Assembly: GCA_036794905.1 (NCBI GenBank)
Contig: DAIRFV010000003.1
Location: forward strand, 3,866 to 67,865
Direction: 5' to 3'
Length of the DNA: 64,000 nucleotides
From: Pyrinomonadaceae bacterium
GTDB taxonomy: Bacteria; Acidobacteriota; Blastocatellia; Pyrinomonadales; Pyrinomonadaceae
Every line of letters begins with the position of its first letter. The first letter of the stretch is position 1. Shown one piece after another: positions 7,747 through 17,922 of this stretch. Below the pieces are notes generated by a model, which was given only the letters and a program-made list of their open reading frames with translations, ran no database searches and was not told the origin of the DNA. The position numbers and the translations under genes were made by a program.

Positions 7747-8790
7747 CTAGTTGACGCCCCAGCCGGCGACCGTCGCGTGCTCGCCCTCGTGCCGGTGCGT
7801 GCGCTGCTCGCGCTCGGCGAGCCTCATGTCGCTGTCGACCATGATCTTGACCAGTTCTTTGAAGCTCACCTTCGGCTCCCAGCCGAGGACGGTGCGCGCC
7901 TTCGTCGGGTCGCCGAGCAGCAGGTCAACCTCGGCCGGGCGGAAGTAGCGCGGGTCGATCTCGACGTACTTCTCCCAGTCGAGCCCGAGGTAGCCGAACG
8001 CCTCTGCGAGGAACTCGCGGACGGAGTGCGTCTCGCCCGTCGCGATGACGTAGTCGTCGGGCTCCCCGGCCTGCATCATCAGCCACATCGCCTCGACGTA
8101 GTCGCGCGCGTAGCCCCAGTCGCGCCGCGCGTCGAGGTTCCCCATGTAGAGCTTCTGCTGGAGCCCGAGCTTGATGCGCGTGGCGGCGCGCGTGATCTTC
8201 CTTGAGACGAAGGTCTCGCCCCTGCGCTCCGACTCGTGGTTGAAGAGGATGCCGTTGCAGGCGAACATCCCGTAGGACTCGCGGTAGTTGACCGTGATCC
8301 AGTAGGCGTACGCCTTGGCGCAGGCGTAAGGGGAGCGCGGGTAGAAGGGCGTCGTCTCCTTCTGCGGCGTCTCGACCACCTTGCCGTACAGCTCCGACGA
8401 GGACGCCTGGTAGAACTTCGGGCTGATGCCGGCCTCGCGGATGGCTTCGAGCAGGCGGACGGTGCCGATCCCCGTGACCTCGCCCGTGTATTCCGGCACG
8501 TCGAAGCTGACGCGGACGTGGCTCTGCGCGCCGAGGTTGTAAATCTCTTCGGGCCGAATCTGCCGGATGAGCGTGTTCAGAGAGCTGGAATCGTTCAGGT
8601 CGCCGTAGACCAGACGCAGGCGTGTCCCCGGCTCGTGCGGGTCTTGATAGAGGTGGTCAATCCGGTCGGTGTTGAAAGACGAAGAGCGGCGGATGATGCC
8701 GTAGACTTCATAGCCTTTCTCTAACAGCAGCTCGGTCAGGAAGGATCCGTCCTGCCCCGTGATCCCGGTAATCAGTGCGCGCTTCGGCAT
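7747..8790 (-). CDS. gmd: GDP-mannose 4,6-dehydratase
   Basis: The 347-aa ORF begins [46 protein letters not shown] and carries the SDR catalytic region [10 protein letters not shown]. This is a highly recognisable Gmd sequence. Confidence 0.95.
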   Translation of the reverse strand: MPKRALITGITGQDGSFLTELLLEKGYEVYGIIRRSSSFNTDRIDHLYQDPHEPGTRLRLVYGDLNDSSSLNTLIRQIRPEEIYNLGAQSHVRVSFDVPEYTGEVTGIGTVRLLEAIREAGISPKFYQASSSELYGKVVETPQKETTPFYPRSPYACAKAYAYWITVNYRESYGMFACNGILFNHESERRGETFVSRKITRAATRIKLGLQQKLYMGNLDARRDWGYARDYVEAMWLMMQAGEPDDYVIATGETHSVREFLAEAFGYLGLDWEKYVEIDPRYFRPAEVDLLLGDPTKARTVLGWEPKVSFKELVKIMVDSDMRLAEREQRTHRHEGEHATVAGWGVN

Positions 8791-8890
8791 GTCGAATAAG
8801 TTCCTCTCCCTGTCGGTACGATTGTTTCTTCAAAGAATCCCACTCCCGCCGTTTTGATTCAACCCGAGCGTCGGTGTGTCGGCGAAGACC

Positions 8891-10504
8891 TTACGCGCCG
8901 GTCAACATGCCGCCCCCGGCCGTTGCGACCTCCCCCGGCAGCGCGTCGGCGCTCATGCTCTCGAACACTCTTTCCGCCGCCAGCGCCAGCTCCTTCTGAA
9001 AGAGGTTGCACAGGTAGTTGACGTCGAGCAGCAGGCCGTCGCCGCCGAACTCCCGATAGAGGTTGATATAGCCCCACCCGGCGGTGCTGGTCGAGAGGGG
9101 CATCCGCAGCGTCCAGAACAGGTGCGAGCCGAGTATCTCATGTCCGTTAACGTCGCCCCGCTCCCACTCCCAGCATATCAGCCCCCCGCGCACTTCCGCA
9201 CCCTCCAGGCCGTAAGCCTCCGCCTCCCGCGCGAGCACACTCCGGCTCAGCTCGTAGTCGCCGCCCCGCCCGAGCTGAAGCGTCGCGTACGCGAACTCAC
9301 CGAGCTCGAGCATTTCGCGCACCGCCGCGAGGAGCGCCCCGAGGGAGTCGGCTTTCGACAGCGCGCGGCTCGCGCGGCGCACGCGCACGTGGTTGGCCGT
9401 GCGCGTCCTGCGCTCGGTCAGGTTCCGACGCAGGCCGGCGCGCACCTCGTCGGCCTCGTGGTACCGGAGTCGTCCGGCGACCAGCACGATGATGGCGCCG
9501 ACCACCAGGAGGAGCAGGCCCGTCAACTTCCCCTCGCCCCCGTCGCTCGTGAACAGCATGGCGAGCAGTGCGAAGAGCGCGCAGGCGCCGTAGAGGGCGA
9601 AGGCGACCCGCCGCTGCGACCACCCCCGCTCAAGCAGCTTGTGGTGGATGTGCTCGCGGTCGCCCTCGAACAGCGGCTTGCCGCTGATGAAACGGCGCAC
9701 AATCGCGAAACCGGTATCGACGACCGGGAGGGCGAAGGTCATCAGCGGGATGGCGACGGCGACCGTCGTCGATGCCTTCTGAGAGCCCGTGATGGAGAGG
9801 GCCGCGAGCAGGAAGCCCGTGAAGAGAGCCCCCGAGTCGCCGAGGAAGATGGAGGCCGGGTTGAAGTTGTAACGCAAAAACCCGCCGAGCGCCCCGACGA
9901 GGACGATGGAGATGACCGTCACCAGCGGACGCCCGCTGAGCAGGGAGACGGCGGCCATCACGACGGCGGCGAAGAGCGCCGCGCCGGTCGCCAGGCCGTC
10001 GAGGCCGTCGATCAGGTTGAAGGCGTTGCTGATCCCGATGACCCAGACCACCGTGAAGACGAGGCTGAGCACGACCGGGATTTCGAAAGAGCCGACCAGC
10101 GGGACGGTGACCGCCTGAATCCGCACCCCGAGCCCGAAGAGGAGGAGCGCCGCCAGCCCCTGCGCGAGGAACTTCCACTTGGCCGAAGTCCCCGTGAGGT
10201 CGTCGTAGACGCCGAAGGCGAAGACGAGCGTCGAGGAGACGAGCACGGCGACCAACTCCCGGCGGCTTTGCGCGAGCACCTCGGTGACGAGGTTGTCCAC
10301 CAGGGGCAGGGCGGCGAGGGCCAGGCCGACTGAGCAATAAATCGCCACGCCGCCGACCCGCGGGATGGGCAGGGAGTGTAGCCGTCTCCCGTCGAGCGGC
10401 ACGTCAACCCCCCAACCCATGCGCTGGGCCGCGCGGCGCAGGACCGGGGTCAGGAAAAGCGAAGACGACAGTGATATCAGGAAGAGGGTGAGAAACGTGT
10501 TCAT
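8891..10504 (-). CDS. Polyprenyl-phosphate sugar-1-phosphate transferase (WecA/MraY family) with a ~190-aa C-terminal extension
   Basis: The 537-aa ORF has multiple TM segments and the NAFNLIDGLDGLATG motif. A soluble C-terminal domain of unknown type follows residue ~345. Confidence 0.85.
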   Translation of the reverse strand: MNTFLTLFLISLSSSLFLTPVLRRAAQRMGWGVDVPLDGRRLHSLPIPRVGGVAIYCSVGLALAALPLVDNLVTEVLAQSRRELVAVLVSSTLVFAFGVYDDLTGTSAKWKFLAQGLAALLLFGLGVRIQAVTVPLVGSFEIPVVLSLVFTVVWVIGISNAFNLIDGLDGLATGAALFAAVVMAAVSLLSGRPLVTVISIVLVGALGGFLRYNFNPASIFLGDSGALFTGFLLAALSITGSQKASTTVAVAIPLMTFALPVVDTGFAIVRRFISGKPLFEGDREHIHHKLLERGWSQRRVAFALYGACALFALLAMLFTSDGGEGKLTGLLLLVVGAIIVLVAGRLRYHEADEVRAGLRRNLTERRTRTANHVRVRRASRALSKADSLGALLAAVREMLELGEFAYATLQLGRGGDYELSRSVLAREAEAYGLEGAEVRGGLICWEWERGDVNGHEILGSHLFWTLRMPLSTSTAGWGYINLYREFGGDGLLLDVNYLCNLFQKELALAAERVFESMSADALPGEVATAGGGMLTGA

Positions 10505-10599
10505 CGCTGTTCACGGGGCTGCAAGCTGCATCGGGGTGAATCGTGTCGTGGCGGTCTCGAGACAGGCGACTTCGGCCGGCCGGGGCACAGGGGCGACAT

Positions 10600-11772
10600 T
10601 CACACAGGCCGGGACATTACTTGATCGTAGAGCCGGAGCGTGCGGCGGGTCATGGCCTCCAGGCTGAACTCACGCTCGACGCGGAGCCGGGCGGCCCGCC
10701 CGTATTCCGCGCTCAGCACGGAGTCGCGCAGCAAACGGTCGAGCGCCCGCGCGAGGGAGCGCGCGTCCCCGGGCGGGACCGTCAGGCCGGTGACCCCGTC
10801 CACGGAGACGAACGTCACGCCGGAGTCGAGGCTGGTGTTGACGACGGGCTTCCGGCAGGCCATGGCCTCAAGCTGCACGATGCCGAACGCCTCGCTGCGC
10901 GCGACCGACGGTAGCGCGAAGGCGTCCGCGGCGTGGTAGTAGGGAACCACGTCCTCGACGTGACCCGGAAAGCTGACGCGCCCGCCCACGCCCGCTTCGT
11001 TCGCCTCCCGCTCCAGGGCGCCGCGCAAAGGCCCCTCCCCCACGATGAGCAGGTGTGCGTCCACCTCCTTCATGGCGCGGATCAGGTGCTCGAAGCCTTT
11101 GTAATAGATCAGGCGGCCGACGCCGAGGACGATCCGCGGGCCGAACTGCTCGCGAATCCGAGCCACCTCTCCGGGGGCGACGCGGTCGAACGGCCCGAGC
11201 GGGATGCCGAAAGGTATCACCCGGCATTTCCCCTTAAACCTCTGAAGGACTGGTGACGACTCGACGTAGTTCGGCGAGGCCACGATGACGGCGTCCGCCC
11301 TCCCCATGGCCTTTCTGAGCACAGGCCAGAACAGTCTGCCCAGCACCTTCTGGCGGACGATGTCGCTGTGATACGTGAGGACGAGCCGCCCCCTGTGCCC
11401 GCTCGCCAGGTAGGCGAGGACGGCCGTCGGGTGCGGCCAGTGGATGTGGACGATGTCGGCTCGTGACTCGCGAATCCTTCCGACGGTCTCGGGGCAGACG
11501 GGGGCCGCGGCCAGGTTGAAGAGAGTCCCCACCCGGGTCACCTTCACCGAGTCCAACACCTCCTCCGTCGTGCGGCGTTGGTCGCTCGAAACCAGCACCT
11601 CTAACTCGACGCGGCCCCGCAAGCCCCCGCAGAGCGCCTGGAGGTGAGACTCCATGCCCCCCTTATGCGGGGGGTAGAATTTTCCCACCTGTAGGACTCG
11701 CAGGTTCCGCGACCCTTCCGCCGCGCGTGTCGTCTGGCGGCTCACGTCCGGCCGGGAGGTTAATGTCTGCAT
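10600..11772 (-). CDS. Glycosyltransferase, GT-B fold (GT4/GT1-type)
   Basis: SEAFGIVQLEAMACRKPVV (EX7E region) and KFYPPHKGGMESH are present. I trimmed the start to the internal ATG at 11772 (MQTLTSRP...) because the track's N-terminal extension is Arg-rich and overlaps the upstream gene. Confidence 0.8.
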   Translation of the reverse strand: MQTLTSRPDVSRQTTRAAEGSRNLRVLQVGKFYPPHKGGMESHLQALCGGLRGRVELEVLVSSDQRRTTEEVLDSVKVTRVGTLFNLAAAPVCPETVGRIRESRADIVHIHWPHPTAVLAYLASGHRGRLVLTYHSDIVRQKVLGRLFWPVLRKAMGRADAVIVASPNYVESSPVLQRFKGKCRVIPFGIPLGPFDRVAPGEVARIREQFGPRIVLGVGRLIYYKGFEHLIRAMKEVDAHLLIVGEGPLRGALEREANEAGVGGRVSFPGHVEDVVPYYHAADAFALPSVARSEAFGIVQLEAMACRKPVVNTSLDSGVTFVSVDGVTGLTVPPGDARSLARALDRLLRDSVLSAEYGRAARLRVEREFSLEAMTRRTLRLYDQVMSRPV

Positions 11773-11834
11773 GCTTGACTTCAAGGAGCGCCGGGGGCCG
11801 GCCCGCAAGGGCCGGCCCCGCCCGAAGAGTTCAG

Positions 11835-13070
11835 CTACAACAGCTTTTCGTAGATCGAGAGCATCCGGCGCGTGTACTCGTCCCAACTGAATTTGGCCGC
11901 CCGCGTGACGCACGCCGTCTGCCGCTCGGCCCACGCGTCGGGCTCTGACACCCGCTCCGCGAGGGCGGAGATTGACGCCTCGGTCCAGGCCGCCACGTCC
12001 CCGACCGGGCAGTACACGGCGGCGGAGCCGCCGACCTCGCGCAGGACGGCGAGGTCGCTCGCGAGCACGGGGGTGCCGCACGCCATCGCCTCGACGACGG
12101 GCAGGCCGAAGCCCTCCCGCTCGGACGTTTGCAGCACCAGCCCGGCCCCCCGGTAGATTGCGGCCAGAACCCGCTCCTCCACGAACGGCAGAATGACGAC
12201 CGCCCCTTCCAGCCCCAGCCTCGACAGCAGCCCGCGCTGCTCACCCGTGAACGGCCCGCCCACCCTCACGAGGCGCAAGTCGGGTAGTTCCCTCCGGACG
12301 TTGGCGAACACGCGCAGCAGCACGTCCACCCGCTTGCGCGGGATCGTGCTGCCGACATGCAGGACGTAGGGCGAGCCGGCGGGCACTTCGGCCAGCAGGC
12401 GGCCGGCCTCCGCGTCGGCCGGGGGGTCGGCCCGCGGCGAGAAGATTGGCGCGACCCCGTTGCGCACGACCGTCACGCGCTCGGGCGGCATCAGGCCGTA
12501 CGCGAGCAACTCGTCGCGCGTGTGGTCGCTGTCGCAGGTGACGTGCGCCGCCTTGCGCAGCCCCCCGAGCACGCGCCCCATGAGCATCCTGAACGGCTTC
12601 GAGCGCGGCTCGGCCGGCGAGCCGAGCAGGCAGCGAAACGTGTCCAGGTCGTGGCACGTGACGACGGTGCGCCCGGGCGGCAGGCCGTGGACGAGTTGCG
12701 CGTAGCTGTGGTCAACGACGTGGAAGAGGTCGAAGTCGCCGACGCCCCTGAGGTGTCTGGGGTAGTCCCAGAAGCGGTTGAGGACGCGGTCAACGTTGTG
12801 GCCGGCGCGCGCCGCTCCGGCGAAGCGCAGCCGGCCGAACCGCCTGACCATCCGCGGGCGCACGCGCACGGCTTCCACGGCCGACGGCGCCGGCGTGCTG
12901 AGGTGGCGCAGCAGCATCTCCGCGACCAGGTCCATGCTGGGCCAGCCCTCTTCCAGCAGGTCGCAGACGACCGCGACGCGCGGCCGGCGCGCGCCGACGG
13001 CCTCAAGTCGGACGCGGCGCGGCGCCGGTTCCGCCCCGTCTGAAGGGGGCGCCTGCCCCGCCTGCTCCAT
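11835..13070 (-). CDS. Glycosyltransferase, GT-B fold
   Basis: REGFGLPVVEAMACGTPVLASD motif. I trimmed the start to the ATG at 13070 (MEQAGQAPP...). The 622-aa track ORF is a run-on through the neighbouring methyltransferase gene. Confidence 0.75.
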   Translation of the reverse strand: MEQAGQAPPSDGAEPAPRRVRLEAVGARRPRVAVVCDLLEEGWPSMDLVAEMLLRHLSTPAPSAVEAVRVRPRMVRRFGRLRFAGAARAGHNVDRVLNRFWDYPRHLRGVGDFDLFHVVDHSYAQLVHGLPPGRTVVTCHDLDTFRCLLGSPAEPRSKPFRMLMGRVLGGLRKAAHVTCDSDHTRDELLAYGLMPPERVTVVRNGVAPIFSPRADPPADAEAGRLLAEVPAGSPYVLHVGSTIPRKRVDVLLRVFANVRRELPDLRLVRVGGPFTGEQRGLLSRLGLEGAVVILPFVEERVLAAIYRGAGLVLQTSEREGFGLPVVEAMACGTPVLASDLAVLREVGGSAAVYCPVGDVAAWTEASISALAERVSEPDAWAERQTACVTRAAKFSWDEYTRRMLSIYEKLL

Positions 13071-13084
13071 CGAGCGCACGGCGG

Positions 13085-13906
13085 TTAAGTCCTCTTCCCC
13101 GCCACGAACCACACCTGGCTGGCCAGGTGCGGCGTCAGCCGGGGCACGGGCGAGCTGAGCACCTCGCGCAGCTCGAAGCGCTCGGAGAGGACGGCGCGGA
13201 GCCGCATCCAGTTGAACCCCTTGTGGTCGTGGTACTGGCGGCCCGCGTCGCCGTAGACGGGACGCGCAATGTGCTGGCGCGCGCCCGCGAAGACGCTGGC
13301 CCAGTACTCCCCGAGCGTGTAGGAGCTGGTGTGCTTGTAGTCGCCGAGCCCGCGCCACCCCGCCACCCGGCGGATGCCCTGCTTCAACAGCAGCGGGAGT
13401 CCCGTCTCGACCGGCACGCTGACGAGCAGCGTCCCCGAAGGCGCGAGCACCCGCTCGATGCGTTCGAGCACGGGCTCCAGGCCGACCACGTGTTCGAGCA
13501 CTTCCATGCAGAAGACCGCGTCGTAAGCGCCCGCGTGCTCGGGCGCGTCCAACTCGTCGGCGAGGGCGAAGCTCGCGCCCGCGCCCCCGAGTCGCGCCCG
13601 GCAGTCCGCCACCAACTCTTCGCCTATCTCGACCCCGACGATCTCGCCGGGCCGGGCCCCGGCGTCCGAGGCGAGCATCGCGACGAAGGTGCCGTCCCCG
13701 CACCCGTAGTCGAGCGTGCGGGCGGCCCGCACGCGGCGCGCCAGTTTAAGTCCGATGTCGAAGCGGCTGCGGTGGCTCCAGGAGATGAGCCGGCTCTTGC
13801 AGAGAAGCTGCTTGCGCGCGTAGTGGCCTTCGCTGATCGCCGGCTCCAGCCCGGCCGCGACCTCTTTCCCGACCTGAGACATCGCTCCCCTCTCCGAGAC
13901 CCGCAC
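13085..13906 (-). CDS. Class I SAM-dependent methyltransferase
   Basis: TLDYGCGDGTFVAML (motif I) and AVFCMEVLEHV. The alternative start at 13882 (MSQVGKE) is equally possible. Confidence 0.8.
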   Translation of the reverse strand: MRVSERGAMSQVGKEVAAGLEPAISEGHYARKQLLCKSRLISWSHRSRFDIGLKLARRVRAARTLDYGCGDGTFVAMLASDAGARPGEIVGVEIGEELVADCRARLGGAGASFALADELDAPEHAGAYDAVFCMEVLEHVVGLEPVLERIERVLAPSGTLLVSVPVETGLPLLLKQGIRRVAGWRGLGDYKHTSSYTLGEYWASVFAGARQHIARPVYGDAGRQYHDHKGFNWMRLRAVLSERFELREVLSSPVPRLTPHLASQVWFVAGKRT

Positions 13907-13912
13907 CCTGCC

Positions 13913-15100
13913 TCACGCGGCCGCGCCGGGTCTCTCTTCCAGCACTTCCTCGAAGAAGTCCAGGTGTTGTCGCGCCACGCGCGGCCACGCGTAGACGGCG
14001 CGCGCGCGTTCGAGCCCGCGCCCCGCCAACTCCGCGCGCCGCCCCGGGCTCTCCAGCAACTCGCCGACCGCGCGCGTCCAGCCGTCCTCGTCGCGCTCCC
14101 CCACCACGACCCCCGCGTCGCCCACCACGAAAGGGATTTCGCCGCTGTCGCTGGCGACGACCGGCACGCCGCACGCGAAAGCCTCGATGAGCATCCGGCC
14201 CAACTGCTCGCGCCACGCGGGCGTCGTCTGACTCGGCGCGCAGAGCACGTCCATCGCGTTGAGGTACGCGGGCACTTCGTCATGCCTGACGCCGGTCGAG
14301 ATTCGCACCCGGTCGCCCCACCCCCCGGCCCAGCGGCGCAGCTCCGCTTCGAGCGGCCCGGAGCCGACGAACAGCGCACGCCAGTCCGAAGTGAGGCGGG
14401 AGAGGGCGCGCGTGAGCAGCCGCAGCCCCTTCTGCTCGACGAAGCGCCCCAGGTACCCGACGACCGGCGCGCCGCGCTCCGCCCACCCGAGACGCCGGAG
14501 GGCTTCGCGCCTCAAGCCCCCGTCGGGCCGGAACATTTCGAGGTCAACGCCCGGCGGGATCACGCGCCTCGCGCGCGACGAATATTCCGGGCGGTGCGCG
14601 AGCGCCCGCTCGGCCGTGTGGCCGAAGGCGATCCACCCGCTCGACCTGCCCATCGAGTAGCGCTCGACCCAGTTGAACGGCGGCGGGTAATCTTTCTCGA
14701 TGTTCTGAAACGTGGCGTAGACGAGCGCCGCGCCGCGCGGGCTCCAGCGCGCGACCTGCGCGCCCGCGAAGATGTAGGGCTCCTCCCAGCAGTGCACCAC
14801 GTCCCAGCCGCCGCGCAGGAGTTCGCGCAGCCTCCGCCCGTAGAGCATGACGTGAATCCGGTCGGACAGGTAGGCCGGCACGCCTTCGAGCCCCGAAGCC
14901 TCCCCCTCGAACGCTTCGAGCTTCACGGGGCGCAGGTCGCCGCGGAAGAATTCGGGCGCCGCCGCGACGACCTCCCAACGCCCCCCACCCGCCCGCGCCA
15001 TCTCGTGCGCCAGCCGCCGGTTCAGCGCCACGCAGTACGAGTGCGCAACCGTCAGCAGTCTGCGAGGTCGGCGCAGCGGGCTGCCAACGTTAGTTTGCAT
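13913..15100 (-). CDS. Glycosyltransferase, GT-B fold
   Basis: EQLGRMLIEAFACGVPVVASDSG motif. I trimmed the start to the ATG at 15100-15098 (MQTNVGSP...), which overlaps the GT2 stop as TGATG. Confidence 0.8.
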   Translation of the reverse strand: MQTNVGSPLRRPRRLLTVAHSYCVALNRRLAHEMARAGGGRWEVVAAAPEFFRGDLRPVKLEAFEGEASGLEGVPAYLSDRIHVMLYGRRLRELLRGGWDVVHCWEEPYIFAGAQVARWSPRGAALVYATFQNIEKDYPPPFNWVERYSMGRSSGWIAFGHTAERALAHRPEYSSRARRVIPPGVDLEMFRPDGGLRREALRRLGWAERGAPVVGYLGRFVEQKGLRLLTRALSRLTSDWRALFVGSGPLEAELRRWAGGWGDRVRISTGVRHDEVPAYLNAMDVLCAPSQTTPAWREQLGRMLIEAFACGVPVVASDSGEIPFVVGDAGVVVGERDEDGWTRAVGELLESPGRRAELAGRGLERARAVYAWPRVARQHLDFFEEVLEERPGAAA

Positions 15101-16062
15101 CACAGCCCGGGGGCCTTCCCGCCGGGGCTCCCGACCGGGTAGGGCGGCCATTGCTGGCGCAACGCGCGCCAGCGTCTGAAGGTCGCCCACTTGAGCGGAG
15201 AGCGCGCCCGCCACACCGAGGGCATGGCGGAGAGCACCTGCCGGATGACCCACGAGAAGCCGCCCGGGTCTTCGATCTTCCAGCCTCGCCTCATCCTGAA
15301 GTATAAGGCGAGGCGCAGCGGCAAGCTCAGCAGGAGCATCGGGAGCGGCTCGTTGTAGAGCGCGCCGAGGCAGTTGTTGCGCACGGTGTAGCGAAGGTAT
15401 TTCTGCCCACTGCGCCCGGCAGGGTCAGGCACGTGGGCCACCAGCGCCTCCGGCAGGTAAACGACGTGCAGCCCCGCGTCGAGCAGCCGCAGACAGTACT
15501 CCTTCTCCTCCCCGTAGAAGAAGAACGAGTCGCGGTAACCGCCGAGCGACAGGAACACCTCACGCCGGAGCAGGTGCGCGAAGCCGATGAAGCTCGGGAT
15601 GTAGCAGGGGTACTTGGCCGGCGACGGCTGCATCCCCACGGGCCACGGCTCGCCCGTCGCCTCGGCCTGGGCGAAGGCGACGACGCCCACCCTTTCGTCA
15701 CAGCCCATCAGTTCGAGCGCGCGCCGCACGGCCCCCGCGTCGAGGACGAAGGCGTCGTCGTCGAGGTTCAGGACGAACTCGCCCCGCGCGGCCTTGACGA
15801 TCAGGTTGCGGGCGACGATGTAGCCCTCGTTACTCTGCTGCCTGACGACCCTGACCGGCAGGGGGAAGTCCGCGCCGAGGCTCCGGCGCAACGCCGCCTC
15901 AAGCGGCACCGCCGAACAATCGTCCACGACGATCACCTCGCGCACGAGGTCGCCGAGCAGGGCCAGCGACTTCACACAGCGGGCCAGCGACTCCGGGCGG
16001 TCGCGCGTCGAGATGCCGACCGAGAGCGGTCTGGGGTCAGCGTCCACGGCGTCTGAAGACAT
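15100..16062 (-). CDS. Glycosyltransferase family 2
   Basis: LSVGISTRDRPESLARCVKSL...VIVVDDCS and LNLDDDA are GT-A DxD-type motifs. Confidence 0.85.
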   Translation of the reverse strand: MSSDAVDADPRPLSVGISTRDRPESLARCVKSLALLGDLVREVIVVDDCSAVPLEAALRRSLGADFPLPVRVVRQQSNEGYIVARNLIVKAARGEFVLNLDDDAFVLDAGAVRRALELMGCDERVGVVAFAQAEATGEPWPVGMQPSPAKYPCYIPSFIGFAHLLRREVFLSLGGYRDSFFFYGEEKEYCLRLLDAGLHVVYLPEALVAHVPDPAGRSGQKYLRYTVRNNCLGALYNEPLPMLLLSLPLRLALYFRMRRGWKIEDPGGFSWVIRQVLSAMPSVWRARSPLKWATFRRWRALRQQWPPYPVGSPGGKAPGL

Positions 16063-16783
16063 TAACGTTCTGCTTGTACCATGAGGGTAAATTCAGGGCG
16101 GCCACGTCCTCCCTGAACGCGTCGTTAGCTCCGTCAAGCAGGAAATCTTCTTTCGCGAATTTTTTTATCCAGTATTCGGCCGGCTGCTCGTTGACGTGGA
16201 GCACTCCGCCCTGATTCGGGTGCGCGGCGGAGAAGATGACTACGTCGCACGCCGTCAGCAACCGAACCAGTTTCGTCGCGTGCCAGAAAGGCAGATGCTC
16301 TGCGACCTCAAGGCACACGGCCACGTCGGACGCGCCGACCGCCCCTGCCAACTCCTGCAACTTCTTACCGCGCAGGTCGGCGAGGTTAAAGCGTGAGACG
16401 TTAAGCCCCTTACTCTTTGACTTGGCCAGAGCCGCGCGCGAGTTGTCGAACCCTCTTACTTTCACCTCGGGGCTGACGCGACTGAAGGCGGAGAGCAGGC
16501 TGCCGTGGCCGCAGCCGATGTCAACCACCGAGCGTGGGCGAAAGTGCCTGACGACCGCCCGCGCGAAATTGTCCCAGTCACCGGTTTCGTGAAATGCCCA
16601 GAACTCTTCGTCGTACGGCTCCTCCGGACTCTCACCCGCGATTTTCGTCCTGACGGCGACGTGACACCACTCGGCCAGCGCCAGTCCCTTGCGAAGCTTC
16701 CAGTACAGGTAAGGGCTTCGCCGCCGGGCTGAGTCAAAACCCGCTTTCAAACGTCCCGTCCTCAGGGCGGCCAGGATAGTCAT
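16037..16783 (-). CDS. Class I SAM-dependent methyltransferase
   Basis: VVDIGCGHGSLLSAF (motif I) and VAVCLEVAEHL. The ATG overlaps the upstream GT stop (ATGA). Confidence 0.75.
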   Translation of the reverse strand: MTILAALRTGRLKAGFDSARRRSPYLYWKLRKGLALAEWCHVAVRTKIAGESPEEPYDEEFWAFHETGDWDNFARAVVRHFRPRSVVDIGCGHGSLLSAFSRVSPEVKVRGFDNSRAALAKSKSKGLNVSRFNLADLRGKKLQELAGAVGASDVAVCLEVAEHLPFWHATKLVRLLTACDVVIFSAAHPNQGGVLHVNEQPAEYWIKKFAKEDFLLDGANDAFREDVAALNLPSWYKQNVNVFRRRGR

Positions 16784-17922
16784 ACCGACTTCTCCTGCCG
16801 CGCCGCCCCGTAAACCTCCAACGTGCGGAGCGCGGTGTTGCGCCAGGTCATGTCGTTCACCAGCCGCGCGGCGTTGTCGGCGACGCGGCGGCGGAGGTCT
16901 CCGTCGTCGAGCAGGCGGCGCAGGGCGGCGGCCAGCGCCGCGGCGTCGCGCGGGGGCACGACGAGCCCGGTCTCGGAGTCCTTGACGAGCGTCGTCGTGC
17001 AGCCCACCGGCGTGGCGACGACGGGCAGGCCCTGGCTCATCGCCTCGACCACGACCATCCCGAAGCCCTCGTAGGTCGAGCAGAAGACCAGCAGGTCGTG
17101 CCGGCGGAAGTGCCTCATCACCTCCTCTTCCGCCACCCTCGGGAGGACGGTGACGAACGGGCGCGCCCGTTCCGGGAAGGCGGACAGCACCTGCTCGGCC
17201 GGCACGCCGCCGCCCAGCAGGGTCATTCTGGCGGGCGGGCCGGTCTCGACGAGCCGGGAGAAGGCGCTCGTCAGGTAGGGGATGCCCTTCGTGTTATCCC
17301 AGCTCCCGCAGAAGAGGATGCCCCCCCCGCGGCCTTCCCAGCCGCGGCCTCCGCCCGTCAGGAATCTCTCCGAAATGCCGTGCGGGACGACGGCGATGTC
17401 GCGCTCCTTCTTCCAACCCCGCCGGAGGGCGTAGGCGCGGTCGCCCTCGTTGAGCAGGATGAGTTTGTCGGCGAGGCGTGCGGCGCCCTCGACCTGCGTC
17501 AGCCGGACGGCCGGGTACCAGAGGCGGCGCGTCCAGGGCTTGCGCAGCAGCCCCGCGCGGTGGTCGTCGAGCATCCTCCGGTAGTTCAGATGTTCGAGCC
17601 CGTTCGAGCGGCTGACGAAGGCCACGCCGGGGTAACGGCCGACCTCGCGGCGGAGGCCGAAGACGAACCCCTCGGCGCTCGCCACGTCCACCACGTCGTA
17701 GGGGCCGCGCTCGCGGAAGGCGCGGCCGATGGCGCGCGCCGCGGCGATTGGGCGCAGCCCCTGCCGCAGGCGCGGCTGCCGCGGGAAGTCACCGAGTTCC
17801 TCCGCGAACAGCGTATCGCACCGGTGGCCGAGCGCGCGGAACTCCTCGCACAGCTTGTGCGGCACCTTCGCCGAGCCCAGCCTCGGGTCGTTAGGGTAGT
17901 CCCCGACCAGCAGAATCTTCAT
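16780..17922 (-). CDS. Glycosyltransferase, GT-B fold
   Basis: YEGFGMVVVEAMSQGLPVVATPVG motif. I trimmed the start to the ATG at 17922 (MKILLVGDYP...), which forms an ATGA overlap with the upstream stop. Confidence 0.8.
   Translation of the reverse strand: MKILLVGDYPNDPRLGSAKVPHKLCEEFRALGHRCDTLFAEELGDFPRQPRLRQGLRPIAAARAIGRAFRERGPYDVVDVASAEGFVFGLRREVGRYPGVAFVSRSNGLEHLNYRRMLDDHRAGLLRKPWTRRLWYPAVRLTQVEGAARLADKLILLNEGDRAYALRRGWKKERDIAVVPHGISERFLTGGGRGWEGRGGGILFCGSWDNTKGIPYLTSAFSRLVETGPPARMTLLGGGVPAEQVLSAFPERARPFVTVLPRVAEEEVMRHFRRHDLLVFCSTYEGFGMVVVEAMSQGLPVVATPVGCTTTLVKDSETGLVVPPRDAAALAAALRRLLDDGDLRRRVADNAARLVNDMTWRNTALRTLEVYGAARQEKSV

Noticed and set aside
8876-15142. Very long plus-strand ORFs antisense to the polysaccharide genes (for example 8876-10333 at 485 aa and 13127-15142 at 671 aa). 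Similar cases are 43225-45015, 46173-48512 and 56878-58659.
   Set aside because: Their translations are dominated by Arg, Ala, Gly, Pro and Asp/Glu with no recognisable motifs. The opposite strand encodes proteins with clear family signatures. Open antisense frames like these are expected at about 70% GC.
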